The notes under the pieces: model-generated
Told to the model about the DNA's origin: nothing
Databases searched by the model: none
What the model saw: only the letters and a program-made list of their open reading frames with translations
Program-made: the position numbers and the translations under genes
From: Eledone cirrhosa
Taxonomy: Eukaryota
Reading direction: 5' to 3'
NCBI GenBank assembly: GCA_964016885.1
Contig: OZ024744.1
Span: forward strand, 29,202,001 to 29,266,000
DNA length: 64,000 nt
Shown: positions 49,291 through 62,889 of the stretch, piece by piece
Layout: every line of letters begins with the position of its first letter
Numbering within the stretch: position 1 is the stretch's first letter

Positions 49291-49325
<35 letters not shown>

Positions 49326-49327
49326 AA

Positions 49328-49529
49328 GGCGGTGGACTGTTAGTATCGGTAGAGGGTCGAACGCCATGCTTTGACGTATAGAGTTACGGCCCTTCTATTC
49401 TGAGTTCAAATCCCGCCGAGGTAAACTTTGCCTTTCATCATTACGGTGTCGATAAAATAAAGTACGAGTAATGCACTAGATAATTGCTGGCCTTGTGCCA
49501 AACGTAGAAACAATTATTATTATTATTAT
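49328..49529 (+). mobile_element. SINE + (ATT)n tail between Tx1 D and Tx1 E
   Basis: Same SINE family; ends ccttgtgccaaacgtagaaacaattattatt. Confidence 0.9.
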
Positions 49530-49530
49530 A

Positions 49531-52500
49531 ATCGTGGAAGTATACACGTCGCGGGATATTTTGTTCCCGTAAGTTTGTGATTTTTTAACAGTTTTTATTG
49601 AGAACTTCATGTAAAAATCATATTGTTTTGTGTTTAAACACACCCGCTTCTTTTGAAGTGGTCGAAATTAATCGGTATTTAGCCCTTCCGTGCTAAATTC
49701 CAATTTGAACTTTGCATTTAGCTAATACGTCCTATCGTGGAAGTATACACGTCGCAGAAATAATTTTGTTCCCGTAATTTTGTGATTTTTGAAGTTTTAT
49801 TGCGAACTTAATGTAAAAATCCTATTGTTTTGTGTAAACACACCCCACTTCTTTTAAAGTGGTCGGAATTAATCGGTATTTAGCCCTTCGGGGCTAAATC
49901 CTAATATGAACTTTGCATCTAGCAAATACGTCAAATCCATTTCCATGCCGTGTATTCACTCAAAAATTACCCTATCTGCAAAATATCCTTCTCAACCTTC
50001 ATTTTTTTCGTCCAGCTGTCAGCGTGGAGTCTCGCTTTCCTTTTCGTCTTCTTCACCGTCCCATAGTCAAGCGAATGACACTCCCCTCTACCCTCCATCA
50101 AGTAGCAGTCGTGAAGCGGCTACTACTGATACATTTGATACATTTGACATCAAAGAAACTAGCAACAGTCAGCGTGGAGTCTCGCTTTCCTTTTCCTCCT
50201 CTTCACCAAATAGTAAAAGTCAGACGAATGCCACTCTTTCCTCTTCACCCAACCGCAGTCTTGAAGTGGCTACTGCTGATACATTTAACAACAATAGAGA
50301 TAGCAGCAGCAGCGGCAGTATTAAACATAACACCTGTGGTAGCAGTAGCGGCAGCAGCAGCAGCAACACCAACAACGCCGTTTGTAGCAGTGACAACAAC
50401 AAGACCAGTAGCAGTAGTAGCGGTGGCAACAACGATGCCACTGAAAAAGAGACCACCTCTTTTGCAAAAATAACTCGCAACGTTAAACAATCATGATCAC
50501 AGAGGAGGAGATGACGGTCGCAAGAAACATGGTAACGAGAAATGATTTTTCAGTGTCCTTGAAACCACCAACCGACTTCCTGGAGGAACAAGAGCGACGC
50601 ACAGTGTCGTACCGCACGATTGCCACAAAATCACGTCGTGTGGAGAAAGCGTCGGAGGCCCAAATCCAGAAGGCTTTGGGAACTGTGTGGGCACGGAAAA
50701 CCCACATCACCCGTAGCAAGAAATACTACTGTGGACGTCCTTTTTGCCACCACCCAGGAAGCAAAATCGCACTCACTGAGGACCGTACGAGGTGATGACA
50801 TAACGCTAGTCCCGTTTTACTGCGGGAAAAATTGCAAAGGTCAAGGTAACCAAGGTGCCTCCCTACGTACCCGTGCCTTGGCTGGTTGTGTCTTTTCTTG
50901 CAGGCATCGAGGGTAGAACAACCATTCTGCAGGTACAGAAGCTGGGGAGCGAGGACTGGTCCGGTATTGGAATGGAGATGCTCATCTAAACCGACGAGGA
51001 CTGCATCAGCACTATTCCCGACGTAATAGACCTCGGGAATGGCTCCCAATTTTCCATATATGTTGAAGAAAGGCGCCCAAAATGCTTCAACTGTGGATCA
51101 AAGTCTCACTTCAGGGCTTTCTGCCCACAGAAAATAACAAAGGCCAAAATCACCCTCCTTCCAACGCCGGAACCGCTGCCATGAGAAACAGAGCAGTCAA
51201 CGAAAAAGTCGGGAGCTTCTACAGAAAATAGTAAGACACCGTCTGTGACACCCACACCAAAGCCACAGAGAACAAAAACAGCGATGGCAGCTGCAGCAAC
51301 AGAAATAATTGCACTAGCTGCACCTGCGCCAAGACAAATGAAATTGTAGAACTCATACCTTTCCCCGACTTCTGACAGTCGGACATGGAGTATAAGGCGG
51401 CTGAGGAGTGAAAACGGTTGTTAACAAAAATAAAAAAACGGGGCTAGTAAATAAGGGAGGAGGATGTAAAAGCCTCAACAACCTTTGGCCAAGGTATTAG
51501 CAAAGAGATTGGCGCTTGGCGTCGGTGATCTGGTGAGAGAGGCGCAGACATGCGCCATTCCGGACAGATCCATTCCCGACAACCTCCATCCCATACATCA
51601 TAGAGAGAGTGGTTAAGGAACCTGGCACGGGTGGGGCCCTGATCAACTTGGATCAATCTAAAGCATTTGATAGGGTCGACCATCGGAACCTCGAGGCGGC
51701 TGGCTTCGGGCCCGTTTTTAGGGGCTGGATCGCTGCGATGCACAGCGACACAGCGACATCTGCTCGATTGTGAGGGTGAATTGTCACCTGTCACAGCCTT
51801 TCAGCATCATGCGCTCGGTCCTCCAGGGTTTCCCCCTCTCGTCACTCTTGTACGTACTGGCCCTAGAGCCGTTACTACACAAATTGGAGACCATGAGGGG
51901 GGTCCCACGCGAACTGGGATGCGGGAGATCCGTGTCAGCTTATGCCGACGACGTCATCGTGGTGGTGTCGAGGCCCAAACAGGTCCAGATGCTCGGCACC
52001 GCTCTCAAGGAATACGAAGCGATGACAGGAGCAAAGATAAACCAGGAAAAAGTCGCTGGGCTTGTAACTCGGCACCTGGAGAGGCAAGTCCATGCCGTCC
52101 GACAGCGTCGTGGGGCACTGGACGGAAGGACCGGTTAAATTGCTCAGGGTCTGGTTCGGTCTGGACCTACAGATAGAGAAAAGCTGGAGCAAGGTGACGA
52201 GCACTGTGGCCTCTCTCACCCAGAAATGGACTGAGAGGAGGATGTCTCTGAAAGGTCAAGCGGAGGTGGCGAATACGTACATAGCGTCCGTCATTTTCTA
52301 CCGCCTGACCGTCGTACCTTGCCCCCGCCCAACTCTGACCAAAATGGAGCGCCTTCTCTTCCGCTTTTTGTGGAAGGGACGTGCTCCCATGGTCAGACGA
52401 TCTATTTGCTGTCAACACCCGTTGCGAGGAAGACTAGGCAAGCCGTGGCTGATGATGCGCAAACATACGCTGAGGTTGCGACATGTCTGGTGCTTCCTTG

Positions 52501-53581
52501 ACGGTAAACAGCTGTGGTCGCCGTTTGCCAGATGCGCTTTTCCCCAGCTCGTCTCCTTGACGGAGCTGCAGTCCTGCATCAGGAAGAGGCCGAGGGATAG
52601 CGCTTGGAAGCTGGAATGTCTCCAAGCGCTCACCGCCCTCTACTGGCTGGGCACTAGTATCGGTGGAACATCCACCTCGGCGTTCTATAGAGCGCTAGTG
52701 GAGGGAAAGAGCGACGACGTTCTCGGGGAGACTCTGGGCGTCGAAGACGATCAGCTGTTCGTTCTCTTCAAAAGAACTTTCAGACCGGGGTCTATGGACA
52801 AATTCCAGAAATCCCTGGCCTGGCAGTGCTACCGGGGAGGGTTGCCGGTTCGGGATAAGCTCTACAGGCACGGAGGTGCTGTCAGCCGCGCCTGTCCGAG
52901 ATGCGTGCAGAGCGACGAAACCGTCCTGCACGCAAACGTTCAGTGCCTGAGGATTGCTGACTTGTGGAGCTATGTCGAACAGTTGCTGACGCGTGTAGGA
53001 CTGATCCGGTTATCGACTGAGTCCATTGTGCAGATAGCCCCGCCATCCTCCTTTAAGGGGGAGGAAGGGCAGGCAGTTTTCATCTGCCTGGTGGCCATGA
53101 CGAAACAAGATTGAAAGGATTGAAGACGGACACTTTCCTCTCCGGTCAATCCCTGATTACCTTTTTTAAGTTTCACTTGAAGAGGAAAATCAGGGTGAAG
53201 AGGCAAGTGCTCTCTTCTAGTAAGTTTGTTGAAAGGTGGGTGAAAGTGGCAAGTCTGGTCCGAGATAACGGGCCCGCTCTGAGTATACGCCTGTAGACTG
53301 AGGAGTTGGAAAAGTGAGAGAGGGTGCTTGCTCTGGTGGTCAGGGTAGCCGTGCTATTTTTGTGTGGTTTTCACCACGAGTGACCCTCGGAGTTTTCCCC
53401 CTTCTTGGGGAATTTTTGTTGTTTGGATTTTTGGGGGGATTTCTAGCCCGATTTTGTTATAACCTGTTTACACGATCAAAACCCACTTTGTATCGTCCTG
53501 TACCGTTCTGTGCCGTATCTAATGTTTTTCTTCGTGTCAGCCCTTGTGGCCAATAAAGAAACCATTATTATTATTATTATT
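49531..53581 (+). mobile_element. Tx1 element E: duplicated ~200-bp 5' UTR, disrupted ORF1, most of APE and the RT N-part deleted
   Basis: atcgtggaagtatacacgtcgc repeats at ~49531 and ~49734. Deletion joints at ~51440 and ~51484. ORF2 remnant to 53296. Ends cccttgtggccaataaagaaaccattatt. Confidence 0.88.
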
Positions 53582-53810
53582 GGGGCGGTGGATTGGCAGT
53601 ATCGGTAGAGAGTCGGACGCCATGCTTTCCAGCATAGTTACGTCCCTTTACGGTTTGAGTTTAAATCCCACCGAGGTTAACTTTGCCTTTCATCCTTACG
53701 GAGTCGATAAAATAAAGTACCAGTAATGTACTGGGTAATTGCTGGCCTTGTCCCAAAAGTAGAAACAATTATTATTATTATTATTGTTGTTATCATTATT
53801 ATTATTATTA
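53582..53810 (+). mobile_element. SINE + (ATT)n tail after Tx1 E
   Basis: ggggcggtggattggcagtatcgg...ccttgtcccaaaagtagaaacaattatt. Confidence 0.92.
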
Positions 53811-53869
53811 ATTTTTTTTTACCAATTCAGTGATGTTCCAAAACAATATAAAAGAGATAATTGGTAATA

Positions 53870-56800
53870 ATGGAGGGGCCCCAGGGTATCACAGCCTGAG
53901 CCCGCTCGGCATCGTGCCACTGTAATAGAGCCAAACAAAGCATTTAATATTGGCTGCTGGAACGTACGGACCATACTGGACAGGGATTCCTCGGAACGTC
54001 CAGAACGAAGGACCGCTCTTGTTGCAAAGGGCTCCGACGTTACGATCTTGACATCGTGGCTTTATCTGAGACGAGGTTAGCTGGAGATGGTCATCTTACA
54101 GAATTTTGTGGAAAATATACATTCTTCTGGAAAGGAAGAGATGAAGGAACCAGAAGAGAGGCTGGGGTAGCATTTGCTGTTAAGACTGCTCTTGTGCATA
54201 AATTAGAAGAATTTCCAGTGGGGATTAGTGAGCGTCTTATGTCCATGAGAATTCCGCTGGACAAAGGAAGATATGCATCCCTGGTGAGTTTGTATGATGC
54301 AACTATGAATTCTGTCGATGAAGATAAAGTGTCCTTTTACCATGCCTTGAAAGGTGTTTTAAGAAATATCCCTCAGGCAGACAAAGTCATCGTGCTTGGT
54401 GACTTTAATGCTAGAGTGGGTAGGGATTTTAACACATGGAATGTAATCGGAAGGCATGGAGTGGGAAAGTGTAACAACAATGGTATGCTCCTGCTGCAGA
54501 TGTGTGAGGAGCTGGATCTGTGTGTTACCAACACTATGTTCCAGCAAGAGAACAAATATAAGACCACATGGATGCATCCTGCATCTAAGGAATGACATCT
54601 TTTGGACTACGCCCTAGTCAGGATGCGTGACAGATGGGATGTGCAGTTTGTTCGTGCTCTTCGTGGAGCTGAGTGCTGGATGGACCACCGCCTGGTACGC
54701 GAAAAAGTGAAATTAATCACTAAACGTAAAATCCGGGTTCCTGGTGTTGCCCTGCCCAAAAGATTGAATGCTACTCGTCTTAAGGATAAAAATGTGAAGA
54801 GGACATTGGAAGAAGAGATGCAGGTTGCAGATCTTGGTGAGGATTGGCGACCCTTAAAAAGTCGGTTTATGATGTAAGCAGGCGTGTTCTGGGATTGATG
54901 CAGAGAAAACATCAAGACTGGTTTGATGAGAATGATGTACATATAGAAGACTTGTTGGCTGATAAGAGGCGTGCTCTGTCACCCTACTTGACGGCAAAAC
55001 CACAGGAGAAGAATATGTTGCATAAGGTACTCAAGGATGTGAAATCACGTGTGAGGCGGAGTCTTTCTCAGATGAAAGATCAGTGGTGGAGTGAGAAGGC
55101 TGGTGAGATACAAGCTACGTCAGATTCCAATAACACAAAGTTGTTTCTTGCGTGAGGTTTATGGACCGTTTTCTTCTCTGGTGACACCGCTTCGCAGCAA
55201 GGATGGTAAGAAACTTCTTCGTGACTCACAAGGAATTCTGTGAAGGTGGCGAGAGCACTTTGATGAACTTTTGAATCAGCCGTCTGTCGTCAATGAAGAT
55301 TTCCTCAATCTCATTCCTGAAAAACCTGTGAGGTAGCGCTCGCAGAACCTCCGACGCTTGTGGAGGTTGCAGTAGCTATCTCGAAGCTGAACAGTGGAAG
55401 GTCTCCAGGTATGGATGGCATACATGCAGAGCTCTTACAATATGGTGGTGAGAGACCTCTGCAACATCTTCACTCTTTCTTTGGCAGGATATGGGGTAGT
55501 GAATCCTTACCTGAGGACTACAGAGATGCAGTAATGGTAGTCTTGTACAAGGGAAAGGGTAACAGGAATGATTGTGGAAACTACAGAGGTATATCATTGT
55601 TTTCCGTCGTAGGGAAAAATTTTATGTAGGGTGTTTCTGGACCGTCTGCTGACACACATTGCAGATTGTGTGCTTTCTGAAAGTCAATCTGGTTTAGGTG
55701 CTGGACGCGGCACTACTGATATGATCTCAGCTAGACAACTCCAGGAGAACAAGGAACAAGGCTTGGATCTGTATCAGGTTTTGTCGATCTGACAAAAGCT
55801 TTCGATACTGTTAACAGAAATGCATTGTGGAAGGTTCTCCAGAAACTTGGTTGCCCTGATAGGTTCCTTGTTTGGTTAGGTCTTTCCATGACGTGAAGAA
55901 GGCTTGGGTTAATGTCAGAAGTAACATGTCGGAGCCTATCTCAGTAAAAGAAATGGAGTGAAACAGGGGGATATTTCAGCACCGATCCTGTTTGCCATGT
56001 ACTTTGGTTTTCTGTATTGCATTCAGGAATTTGTTGCATTCAGGAATTTATTGCATTCGGGCGCTTTGTTGCACTCAGAGAGTGGTATGCAGCACATTTT
56101 GAATGCATTTTCTGATGCTTGCACTGCCCTAAGATTGACTGCCAGTCTCAAGAAAATCGTCGTCATGTACCAACCTTCCCCTGGTAAGTAGTACAGTGAG
56201 TCAAATATCTATGTGTATGGTAAACGACTTGGAGTGGTTGTCTACCTGGGAAGCACTGTCAATCGAAACAGCAACTTTGATAATGAAATTCCACTCAGGA
56301 TTAGGAAAGCAGGTGATGCTTTCGGAAAGCTAGAAAGGTGCCTCTGGGGTCGGCGATACATATGCAAGAAGACAAAGGTAAAGGTGAACAAGGCATGTGT
56401 GCTCTCTTCTCTTCTTTATGCCTGTGAGACCTGGTCACATACCGACACAACCTTAAACAACTGGAGCATTTCCATGGCGTTCACTGGAGGGACCATATCA
56501 GTGATGTCGAGATCGTGGAAATATCTCTGTGTGACAGTATAGAAGCTCTTGTGCTTAAGCAAAGACTCCGTTGGAGTGGTCACCTTGTCAGAATGAAGAA
56601 TTCTAGAATACCAAAACAACTCTTTTATGGAGAGTTAATTAAAGGAAAACGACCTCCACATAAACCAAAAAATAGGTATAAGGATTCCTTGAAAGCCTCT
56701 TTGAAAGACGCTAACATGTCTGCTGATACATTGGAAAATGTAGCTGCTGATCGTAATAAATGGAGAAAGACTGTGTATGAGGGGTAAGTTGCCTTTGAGG

Positions 56801-57190
56801 CATCTCGAATCGCATACGAGAAAGTAAAGCGGGATGGGCATTACTGTTGCATTTCCAGACAGCGAAGGTCTTCCTATGGTGCTGACATGCAGCGTCTGTG
56901 TGAGACTCTGCCTAAGCAAAGCTGGACTCGAAAGTCATCTTCGCAGTCATAAAATAAGACCAGTGGTTGACTACCAGGCTGCTGTTGGAGATGCTACTCA
57001 TCATGCTTGCAAAGCATGTGGTAGAGAATGTTAATCAGCAGGAGGGCTCAAACGACATGCAAAAGTTCATGAACTCCAACCACAGCCGACTATTCCCAGT
57101 GAATGTTTTGGTTGCCAAATCTGTGCAAAACATTTTAGATCATTGGCTGGGCTAAAAATCCACATTCGATCTCAGCCCGTTAATTGTCAT
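53870..57190 (+). mobile_element. Degenerate RTE (BovB-like) LINE with C-terminal C2H2 fingers
   Basis: NIGCWNVRT..RPERRTALVA, VALSETRLAGDG..YTFFWKG, LGDFNARVG, CGNYRGISL, DLTKAFDTVNR, RLRWSGHLVRM..RIPKQLFYGEL. Confidence 0.9.
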
Positions 57191-57244
57191 TCTGTGTGTG
57201 TGTGTGTGCGTATGGGTGTATGTGTGTGTGTATGTATATATATG

Positions 57245-57279
<35 letters not shown>

Positions 57280-57329
57280 ATATATTTTATTATTATCATT
57301 GGTCACATCGGAAGTCTTTTTGCTCGCTC

Positions 57330-60300
57330 CCAGGAAGTCGCTTTATTTACCTGTCACAAATTATTATTGTTAAATTTTTGTTATTGTGTAAGGGACATAA
57401 GCCATTGGACTTTGCCCTGCTAAGAGGAAAGTATAATATTTGGGCCTTTTGGCCCAATTATTTGAACATTTTACTTTCAAAAATTATCAAATAAATATGG
57501 CTGAGCCATGCCACCAACAACACCAACAGCAACACTGCAAATTGCACCGAAAACAACAACAACGGTGGCACCAAAAACACAACCAACTACAACAGTGATA
57601 ACAGCAACATCACCAACAACACCATTTGTAGCAGTAGCAACAGCAACAGCACCAACAACAAGACCAGTAGCAGCAGCACTGAAAGAGGGGCCACTTCTTT
57701 CGCAGGTGTGGCCCGAAATATAGAAACAGTGCTCGTCACAGAGGAGGAGATGACAGTCACAAGGGCCATGGTGACAAAAAATGCCAATGGAATTTCCCTG
57801 AAACCTTCACCCGATTTTTTCAAGGACCAGCAGCTACGCACGGTGACTTACCGCACCGTAAGCAAAATGTCACATCGGGTGGAAAGAGCCACGGAGGCTC
57901 AAATCCTAAAAGCCTTGGGGTGCGTCTGGGCGCGCAAAACCCACATCACCCGAGGCAGAAAGTACTCCACAGTAGACGTACTTTTTGCTACACCCCAAGA
58001 GGCGAAGTCTCACTCTTTGGAAACCCTAAAGAGTGAGGAGATAGTTTTCGTGCCCTCCTACTGCGGTCAAAGTGACCCAGATCCCGCCCGACATGCCCAT
58101 ACCCTGGCGGGCCACGTCTGTCCTTGCTGGAATCGAGGACAGGACCACCATACTGCAAATACAGAGAATGTGAAGAGAGAACTGGTTAGGTATAGGCATA
58201 CAAATGCTAATACAAACTGATCAGGAGTGTATCAAGGCCATCTCAGATATCATAGACTTCGAGGAAGGACTCCAACTCCCTATAAGCGTGGAAGGAAGGC
58301 GCCCAAAATGTTATCTCTGTGAGCAAAATAGTCACCTCAGGGCATTTTGCCCGCAGAAGACAGCCAAGAAGAGGGGGCCCCTCCACCCGACGCCTGATCC
58401 GGTGCTACCGAGAGCAAGACAGGCAACAGAGGCAGAAGACCCTTCCACCGTGAGTAGGAGGGCAACGTCCGTGGCACCCGTACCAAGGCCACAGACAACT
58501 AAAACAGCGGCAGCAGTGGCGGCAACACCAGTAGCTACATTTGCAGTAGCTGCACCAGCAACAAAATCGTCAGAGGGGGCTCCACTACCACCACCAACAG
58601 CAGTGGAGCACATACCCCTCCCAGACGCCACGGAATCCGACATGGAGTCTGAGGCGGGAGTGAAGTTGTAAAAGGTCTGCCACAAAAAAAAACAAAAAAC
58701 GAAAGAGCCAGTTAGCTTCACCCTCCAAAATTGAGGACAAACAAAGAAGGGTAAAGCTGCAAGGCGTTTTCAGTAACGCTACCACCAACACCACCACAAG
58801 CATCATCACCAACAACAGCCACACCACCACCAACATCACCAAAAACACCAACATCGCAAACACAACAAAGCACACACACCCAAGAGCAACAACAAGAAAA
58901 CAGCAACAAAACCACCACCACCACCCCCACACCGACCCCCACCCCCCAAAAAAGTACACAGCCATAAACATTGCACACCAAAGATTAATGGAATACATAA
59001 AACATCACACCGATATTTCAGACGTAAATTACCACACCCCACCAATACCAAGAGCATTACCTAAAAATATTAACATTGTGGAAATTGAACTCGAAGATTA
59101 TAAACAATTAAAACAAAAATCCACAACTCAGTTGGGGATTTCAGGGGGTCACTCTCCAAGAGAATCTATAAAGGTATCATCTTGGAGACACCCATGACCA
59201 GCGGAAAGGACGGTTCTACTGTCACTTCCCCAAACGATTAAGGTAAGTGATCCTTTCTCACTTACCCCGTTCCTCATCCAACATGGGGGTGCTTAGAATA
59301 GGCAATATAGATGTACGCGGCCTGGGGTCATCTTGGAAGCAGGGCCACCTGCTCAACGACCTCAGGTCACTAAACATAGATGTGGTGGCCATCAGCGAGA
59401 GCAAAATATCCGAAGCACGAGACTTCGCACCGATCTTCGGTGGCTACGATGTATACGCATCTCCCAGCCATCTGGGAGCGGGAGACGGAGTTGCTGTGCT
59501 TTTTCGGAGAGGCTTGGATCTCGCCATACGGGCCATCTTCCTGGACCCAGAAGGTAAGTCAGTTTTACTGGACGTGACCGGCAGCGAAGGCAATGCTTTC
59601 AGGCTAGTAGCTGTCTAAGTCCCAGCAGGGGCAGCACGACCAGATTTCTTCAGACGTCTAGAGACCTTTCTGGGAACGTCCTGCTCTTTAACGTTAGTGG
59701 GTGACTGGAACGGTATCTTAGATGCACGCTGGGATTATGTGGGGCTAGTAGACAGGGCAGAAGGGTGTAAAAGCCTCAGCAACCTGCTCAGACGTTTTGA
59801 ACTGTCTGATAGGTATAGACTTGATTATCCGAATGTGCCAATGTGGACATGGGAAAACAGTATCGGGTCATCCAGGTCGTATTTAGATAGAGTATTCTGT
59901 AGGGAAACAGATAAGGTTAGCCTAGGTTGTCCACAATTTAAAGTGGTCGACTACACGGACCACAAATTTTTGATCTGTGAAGTTGACTTAGATAGACTCC
60001 ATAGGCAAGGGCACAGTTACTGGAAGCTGAACGCGTCGTTCCCGGTGCGCAAAGCTTACAGAGACCGGATAAGCGAATTAGTTAAGCGGGCGTTGACGGG
60101 TGCGATCGTTAACAGCAGGTGGTGGTTTACTCTGAAAAGGGCAATTAGAGTAGAATCGATAAGGTTTAGCAAAGGTGTAGTGATAGAGGAAAATAAAGTA
60201 GAGGGTGAGCTAGTTAGAAAGCTAGAAGAGGCGTTTAGGACAGGCATCAGACCGACGTGCTTGCGGCGAGATTGGCACTCGACCAATTCTTCAACGCAAA

Positions 60301-62684
60301 GCATGAAGGCTGCGTTGTCAGAGCTAGAGGTCGTACTCTTAGACAAGAGGGACGAAAGCCGTTCAATGGGCCTGAGTGGTGGAGGCGCCACGTGGCAACA
60401 AGTCCACATTTCGGTCTTTGCTTGATCAAAACGGGCACATGTTGATCGAACCCGAGCAGATGGGTGAGGCTTTTCAACAGCACTTTGCTCAATTGTTCGA
60501 GAGCGACGGCCGGCTGGATCGGAGTATGGACTTCGGTGCATACCTCGACGGACTGCCGTGGATCTCGACGACCGCAGCGCATTGTTGCGAAAAGCCGATA
60601 ACAGCAGGTGAAATACGGGAAGCGATGTCTGACTGCACGAGGTTCGGAAGGTCAGCACTACGAACTTAATGCGAATATGCCAGATTTGTTCGGCGACTTC
60701 TTGGCCGATGTCTACTGCAACTGGCAGCAGAACAGGAGCATTCCCAGTTTTGTGAGCCGGAGAGCGGTGGCGCTGCTGAGAAAAGACCCGAATTAGGGGG
60801 ACGTTATAGACAACTTCAGGCCCATAACTCTGATAACCCCACAGATTAGGATTTGGGCCAAGGTGTTAGCAAAGAGATTGGTGTTTGTCGTCGGTGATCT
60901 GGTGGGAGAGGCGCAGGCATCCGCCATTTCGGACAGATCCATCGACGACAACCTCCACCTCATGCGATACATCATAGAGAGGGTGGTTGAAGAACCTGGC
61001 ATGAGTAGGGCCCTGATCAACTTGGATCAATCTAAAGCATTTGATAGGGTCGACCATCGGTACCTGGCTGCGGTCCTCAATGCAACCGGCTGGATCGCTG
61101 CGATGCACAGCGACATCTGCTCGATTGTGAGGGTGAATGGTCACTAGTTACAGCCTTTCAGCATCATGCACTCGATCCGCTAGGGTTGTCTTCTCTCGTT
61201 CCTTTTATACGTATTGGCCCTCGAGCCGTTACTGCACAAATTGGAGACGATGAGGGGTGGTCCGACGCGTACTGGGATGCGGGAGATCCATGTCAGCTTA
61301 CGGTGACGACATCACCACACTCATCCAGAAATGGGCCGAGAGTAGGCTGTCTCTGAAAGGTTGGGCGGAGGTGGCGAATTCGTACATCGCAGCCGTCATC
61401 TGCTACAGCCTGGGCATCGTACCTTGTCCCCGCCCAACTCTAACCAAAATGGAGCGACTTCTCTTCCGCTTTTTGTGGTAGGGACGTGCTCCCATGGTCA
61501 GACGATCCATCTGCTGTCAACACCCGTTGTGTGGAGGACTAGGCATGCCATGGCTGATGATGCGCAAACATGCGCTGAGGCTGCGACATCTCTGGTACAT
61601 CCGTGGCGGTAAACAGCTGTGGTCGCCGTTTGCCAGATTCGCTTTTCCTCAACTCGTCTCCTTGGCGGAGCTGCAATCCTGGATCAGGAAAAGACCAAGG
61701 GATAGCGCTTGGAAGCTGAAATGTCTCTAAGCGCTCATTGCCCTCTACTAGCTGGGCACTACTATTGGTGAAACATCCGCCTCGGCGTTCTATAGAGGGC
61801 TGGCTAGTGGAGAGAAAAGAGCGACGACGTTCTCGGGGAGACCCTGGGCGTCGTGACGATCAGCTGTTCGCTCTCAAGAGAACTTTCAGCCCGGTGCCTA
61901 TGGACAACTTCCAGAAATCCCTGGCCTGGCAGTGCTACCGGGGAGCGTTGCCGGTTCGAGATAAGCTCTACAGGCACGGAAGTGCTGTCAGCCGAGCCTG
62001 TCCGAGATGCGCACAGAGTGACGAAACCATTGTGCACGCATTCGTTCAGTGTCCGAGCATTGCTGACTTGTGGAGCTCTGTCGAACAGCTGCTGTCGCGT
62101 GTAGGACGGATCCGGTTATCGACTGAGTCCATTGTGCAGATATCCCCGCCATCCTCCTTTAAAGAGGAGGAAGGGCAGGCAGTTTTATCTGCCTGGTGGC
62201 CATGGCGAAAGAGATTGTGTGGTGGACAAGGTTGAAAGGGTTGAAGACGGACACTTTCCTCTCCGGCCAGTCCCTGATTAACTTTTTCAAGTTTCACTTG
62301 AAGAGGAAAATCAGGGTGGAGAGGCAAGTGCTGTCTTCTAGTAAGTTTGTTGAAAGGTGGGTGAAAGTGGCGAGTCTGGTCCGAGTGAACGGGCCCGCTC
62401 TGAGTATGCGCCTGTAGACTGAGGAGTGGGAAAAGTGGGAGAGGGCGCTTGCCCTGGTGGTCAGGGTGGCCGTGGTCTTTTGTGTGGTTTTCGCCATGAG
62501 TGACCCTCGGAGTTTACCCCTTTTCGTGGAATTTTTGTTGTTTTAATTTTTTATTTCTATCTTGTTATAACCTGTTTACATGGCCAAAACCCACTTTGTA
62601 TCGTCCTGTACCGTTCTGTGCCGTCTCTAACGTTTTTCTTCATGTTAGCCCTTGTGGCCACTAAAGAAACCATTATTATTATTA
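57330..62684 (+). mobile_element. Degenerate full-length Tx1 element F (same family as A; ORF2 from ATG 59283 to 62417)
   Basis: ORF1 ARNIETVLVTEEEM.., knuckle CYLCEQNSHLRAFC, APE and RT motifs. Ends cccttgtggccactaaagaaaccattatt. The 5' boundary is approximate. Confidence 0.9.
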
Positions 62685-62881
62685 TGGATTGGCAGTATCG
62701 GTAGAGGGTCGGACGCCATGTTTTCCAGCATAGTTACGTCCCTTTACGGTCTGAGTTTAAATCCCGCCGAGGGTGACTTTGCCTTTCATCCTTACGGGGT
62801 CGATAAAATAAAGTACCAGTAATGTACTGGGTGTTTGCTGGCCTTGTGCCAAAAGTAGACATAGTTATCATTATTATTATT
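62685..62881 (+). mobile_element. SINE + ATT-rich tail after Tx1 F
   Basis: tggattggcagtatcgg...ccttgtgccaaaagtagac, then ttatcattattatt. Confidence 0.9.
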
Positions 62882-62889
62882 GTATTTTA

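Larger units (their letters stand above)
43268..49323 (+). mobile_element. Full-length Tx1/L1-clade non-LTR retrotransposon D with (ATT)n tail
   Basis: 5' UTR, ORF1, intact ORF2, and a 3' UTR with AATAAA followed by (ATT)n. Flanked by (ATT)n on both sides. Confidence 0.95.
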
